Assembly (NCBI GenBank): GCA_977017575.1
Contig: CDRNVI010000041.1
Location: 409,898 to 473,897 of the forward strand
Direction of reading: 5' to 3'
Source: Paramoeba atlantica
Lineage: Eukaryota; Protista; Discosea
DNA: 64,000 bases
In this document: in pieces, positions 62,441-64,000 of the stretch
Layout: every line of letters starts with the position of its first letter
Numbering within the stretch: position 1 is the stretch's first letter
Position numbers and translations under genes: made by a program
The notes under the pieces: model-generated
Told to the model about the DNA's origin: nothing
Seen by the model: the letters and a program-made list of their open reading frames with translations, nothing else
Databases searched by the model: none

Positions 62441-64000
62441 AAGAGGAAGAAAGAGGAAGAAAGAGGAAGAAAGAGGAAGAAAGAGGAAGAAAGAGGAAGA
62501 AAGAGGAAGAAAGAGGAAGAAAGAGGAAGAAAGAGGAAGAAAGAGGAAGAAAGAGGAAGAAAGAGGAAGAAAGAGGAAGAAAGAGGAAGAAAGAGGAAGA
62601 AAGAGGAAGAAAGAGGAAGAAAGAGGAAGAAAGAGGAAGAAAGAGGAAGAAAGAGGAAGAAAGAGGAAGAAAGAGAAGAAGAGGAAGAAAGAGGAAGAAA
62701 GAGGAAGAAAGAGGAAGAAAGAGGAAGAAAGAGGAAGAAAGAGGAAGAAAGAGGAAGAAAGAGGAAGAAAGAGGAAGAAAGAGGAAGAAAGAGGAATGAA
62801 AGAGGAAGAAAGAGGAAGAAAGAGGAAGAAAGAGGAAGAAAGAGGAAGAAAGAGGAAGAAAGAGGAAGAAAGAGGAAGAAAGAGGAAGAAAGAGGAAGAA
62901 AGAGGAAGAAAGAGGAAGAAAGAGGAAGAAAGAGGAAGAAAGAGGAAGAAAGAGGAAGAAAGAGGAAGAAAGAGGAAGAAAGAGGAAGAAAGAGGAAGAA
63001 AGAGGAAGAAAGAGGAAGAAAGAGGAAGAAAGAGGAAGAAAGAGGAAGAAAGAGGAAGAAAGAGGAAGAAAGAGGAAGAAAGAGGAAGAAAGAGGAAGAA
63101 AGAGGAAGAAAGAGGAGAAAGAGGAAGAAAGAGGAAGAAAGAGGAAGAAAGAGGAAGAAAGAGGAAGAAAGAGGAAGAAAGAGGAAGAAAGAGGAAGAAA
63201 GAGGAAGAAAGAGGAAGAAAGAGGAAGAAAGAGGAAGAAAGAGGAAGAAAGAGGAAGAAAGAGGAAGAAAGAGGAAGAAAGAGGAAGAAAGAGGAAGAAA
63301 GAGGAAGAAAGAGGAAGAAAGAGGAAGAAAGAGGAAGAAAGAGGAAGAAAGAGGAAGAAAGAGGAAGAAAGAGGAAGAAAGAGGAAGAAAGAGGAAGAAA
63401 GAGGAAGAAAGAGGAAGAAAGAGGAAGAAAGAGGAAGAAAGAGGAAGAAAGAGGAAGAAAGAGGAAGAAAGAGGAAGAAAGAGGAAGAAAGAGGAAGAAA
63501 GAGGAAGAAAGAGGAAGAAAGAGGAAGAAAGAGGAAGAAAGAGGAAGAAAGAGGAAGAAAGAGGAAGAAAGAGGAAGAAAGAGGAAGAAAGAGGAAGAAA
63601 GAGGAAGAAAGAGGAAGAAAGAGGAAGAAAGAGGAAGAAAGAGGAAGAAAGAGGAAGAAAGAGGAAGAAAGAGGAAGAAAGAGGAAGAAAGAGGAAGAAA
63701 GAGGAAGAAAGAGGAAGAAAGAGGAAGAAAGAGGAAGAAAGAGGAAGAAAGAGGAAGAAAGAGGAAGAAAGAGGAAGAAAGAGGAAGAAAGAGGAAGAAA
63801 GAGGAAGAAAGAGGAAGAAAGAGGAAGAAAGAGGAAGAAAGAGGAAGAAAGAGGAAGAAAGAGGAAGAAAGAGGAAGAAAGAGGAAGAAAGAGGAAGAAA
63901 GAGGAAGAAAGAGGAAGAAAGAGGAAGAAAGAGGAAGAAAGAGGAAGAAAGAGGAAGAAAGAGGAAGAAAGAGGAAGAAAGAGGAAGAAAGAGGAAGAAA
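62441..64000 (+). repeat. (GAGGAAGAAA)n purine-only 10-bp tandem repeat running off the window end
   Basis: About 156 near-perfect units; only three visible variants. Confidence 0.97.

Overview
This is eukaryotic DNA made almost entirely of retroelements and repeats; no host housekeeping gene, rRNA or tRNA is recognisable. A recurring 32-nt motif, AACGATAAAGATACAGTTTCTGTACCTTGTTG, shares the ACAGTTTCTGTAC core of kinetoplastid/diplonemid spliced leaders (SL), pointing to a euglenozoan with an unusual SL. Left part (1-14.3 kb, 25.7-31.5 kb): nested tyrosine-recombinase (YR) retrotransposons of three families (gag-YR-RT/RNaseH; Ngaro/VIPER-like split direct repeats A-ORFs-B-A-B). Positions 15.4-24.9 kb are a 1938-bp tandem array containing an RTE-type LINE 3' fragment. 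Positions 31.5-45.5 kb are a head-to-tail run of SL-capped, poly(A)-tailed CRE-clade (RT + restriction-like endonuclease) elements whose proteins begin with an Ataxin-2/Pbp1 LsmAD-like domain, the strongest novelty candidate. Positions 46-62.4 kb hold minus-strand CRE-like elements, an intact APE-RT-RNaseH LINE, SINE-like and deleted derivatives, and 18-bp/129-bp arrays. The window ends in more than 1.5 kb of (GAGGAAGAAA)n. Other leads are a conserved -1 frameshift plus possible stop-readthrough layout in the YR elements, SL relics next to a genomic AG acceptor, 5' snap-back hairpins, and a candidate SL RNA gene. All alignments and structures were made by eye; no searches were run.
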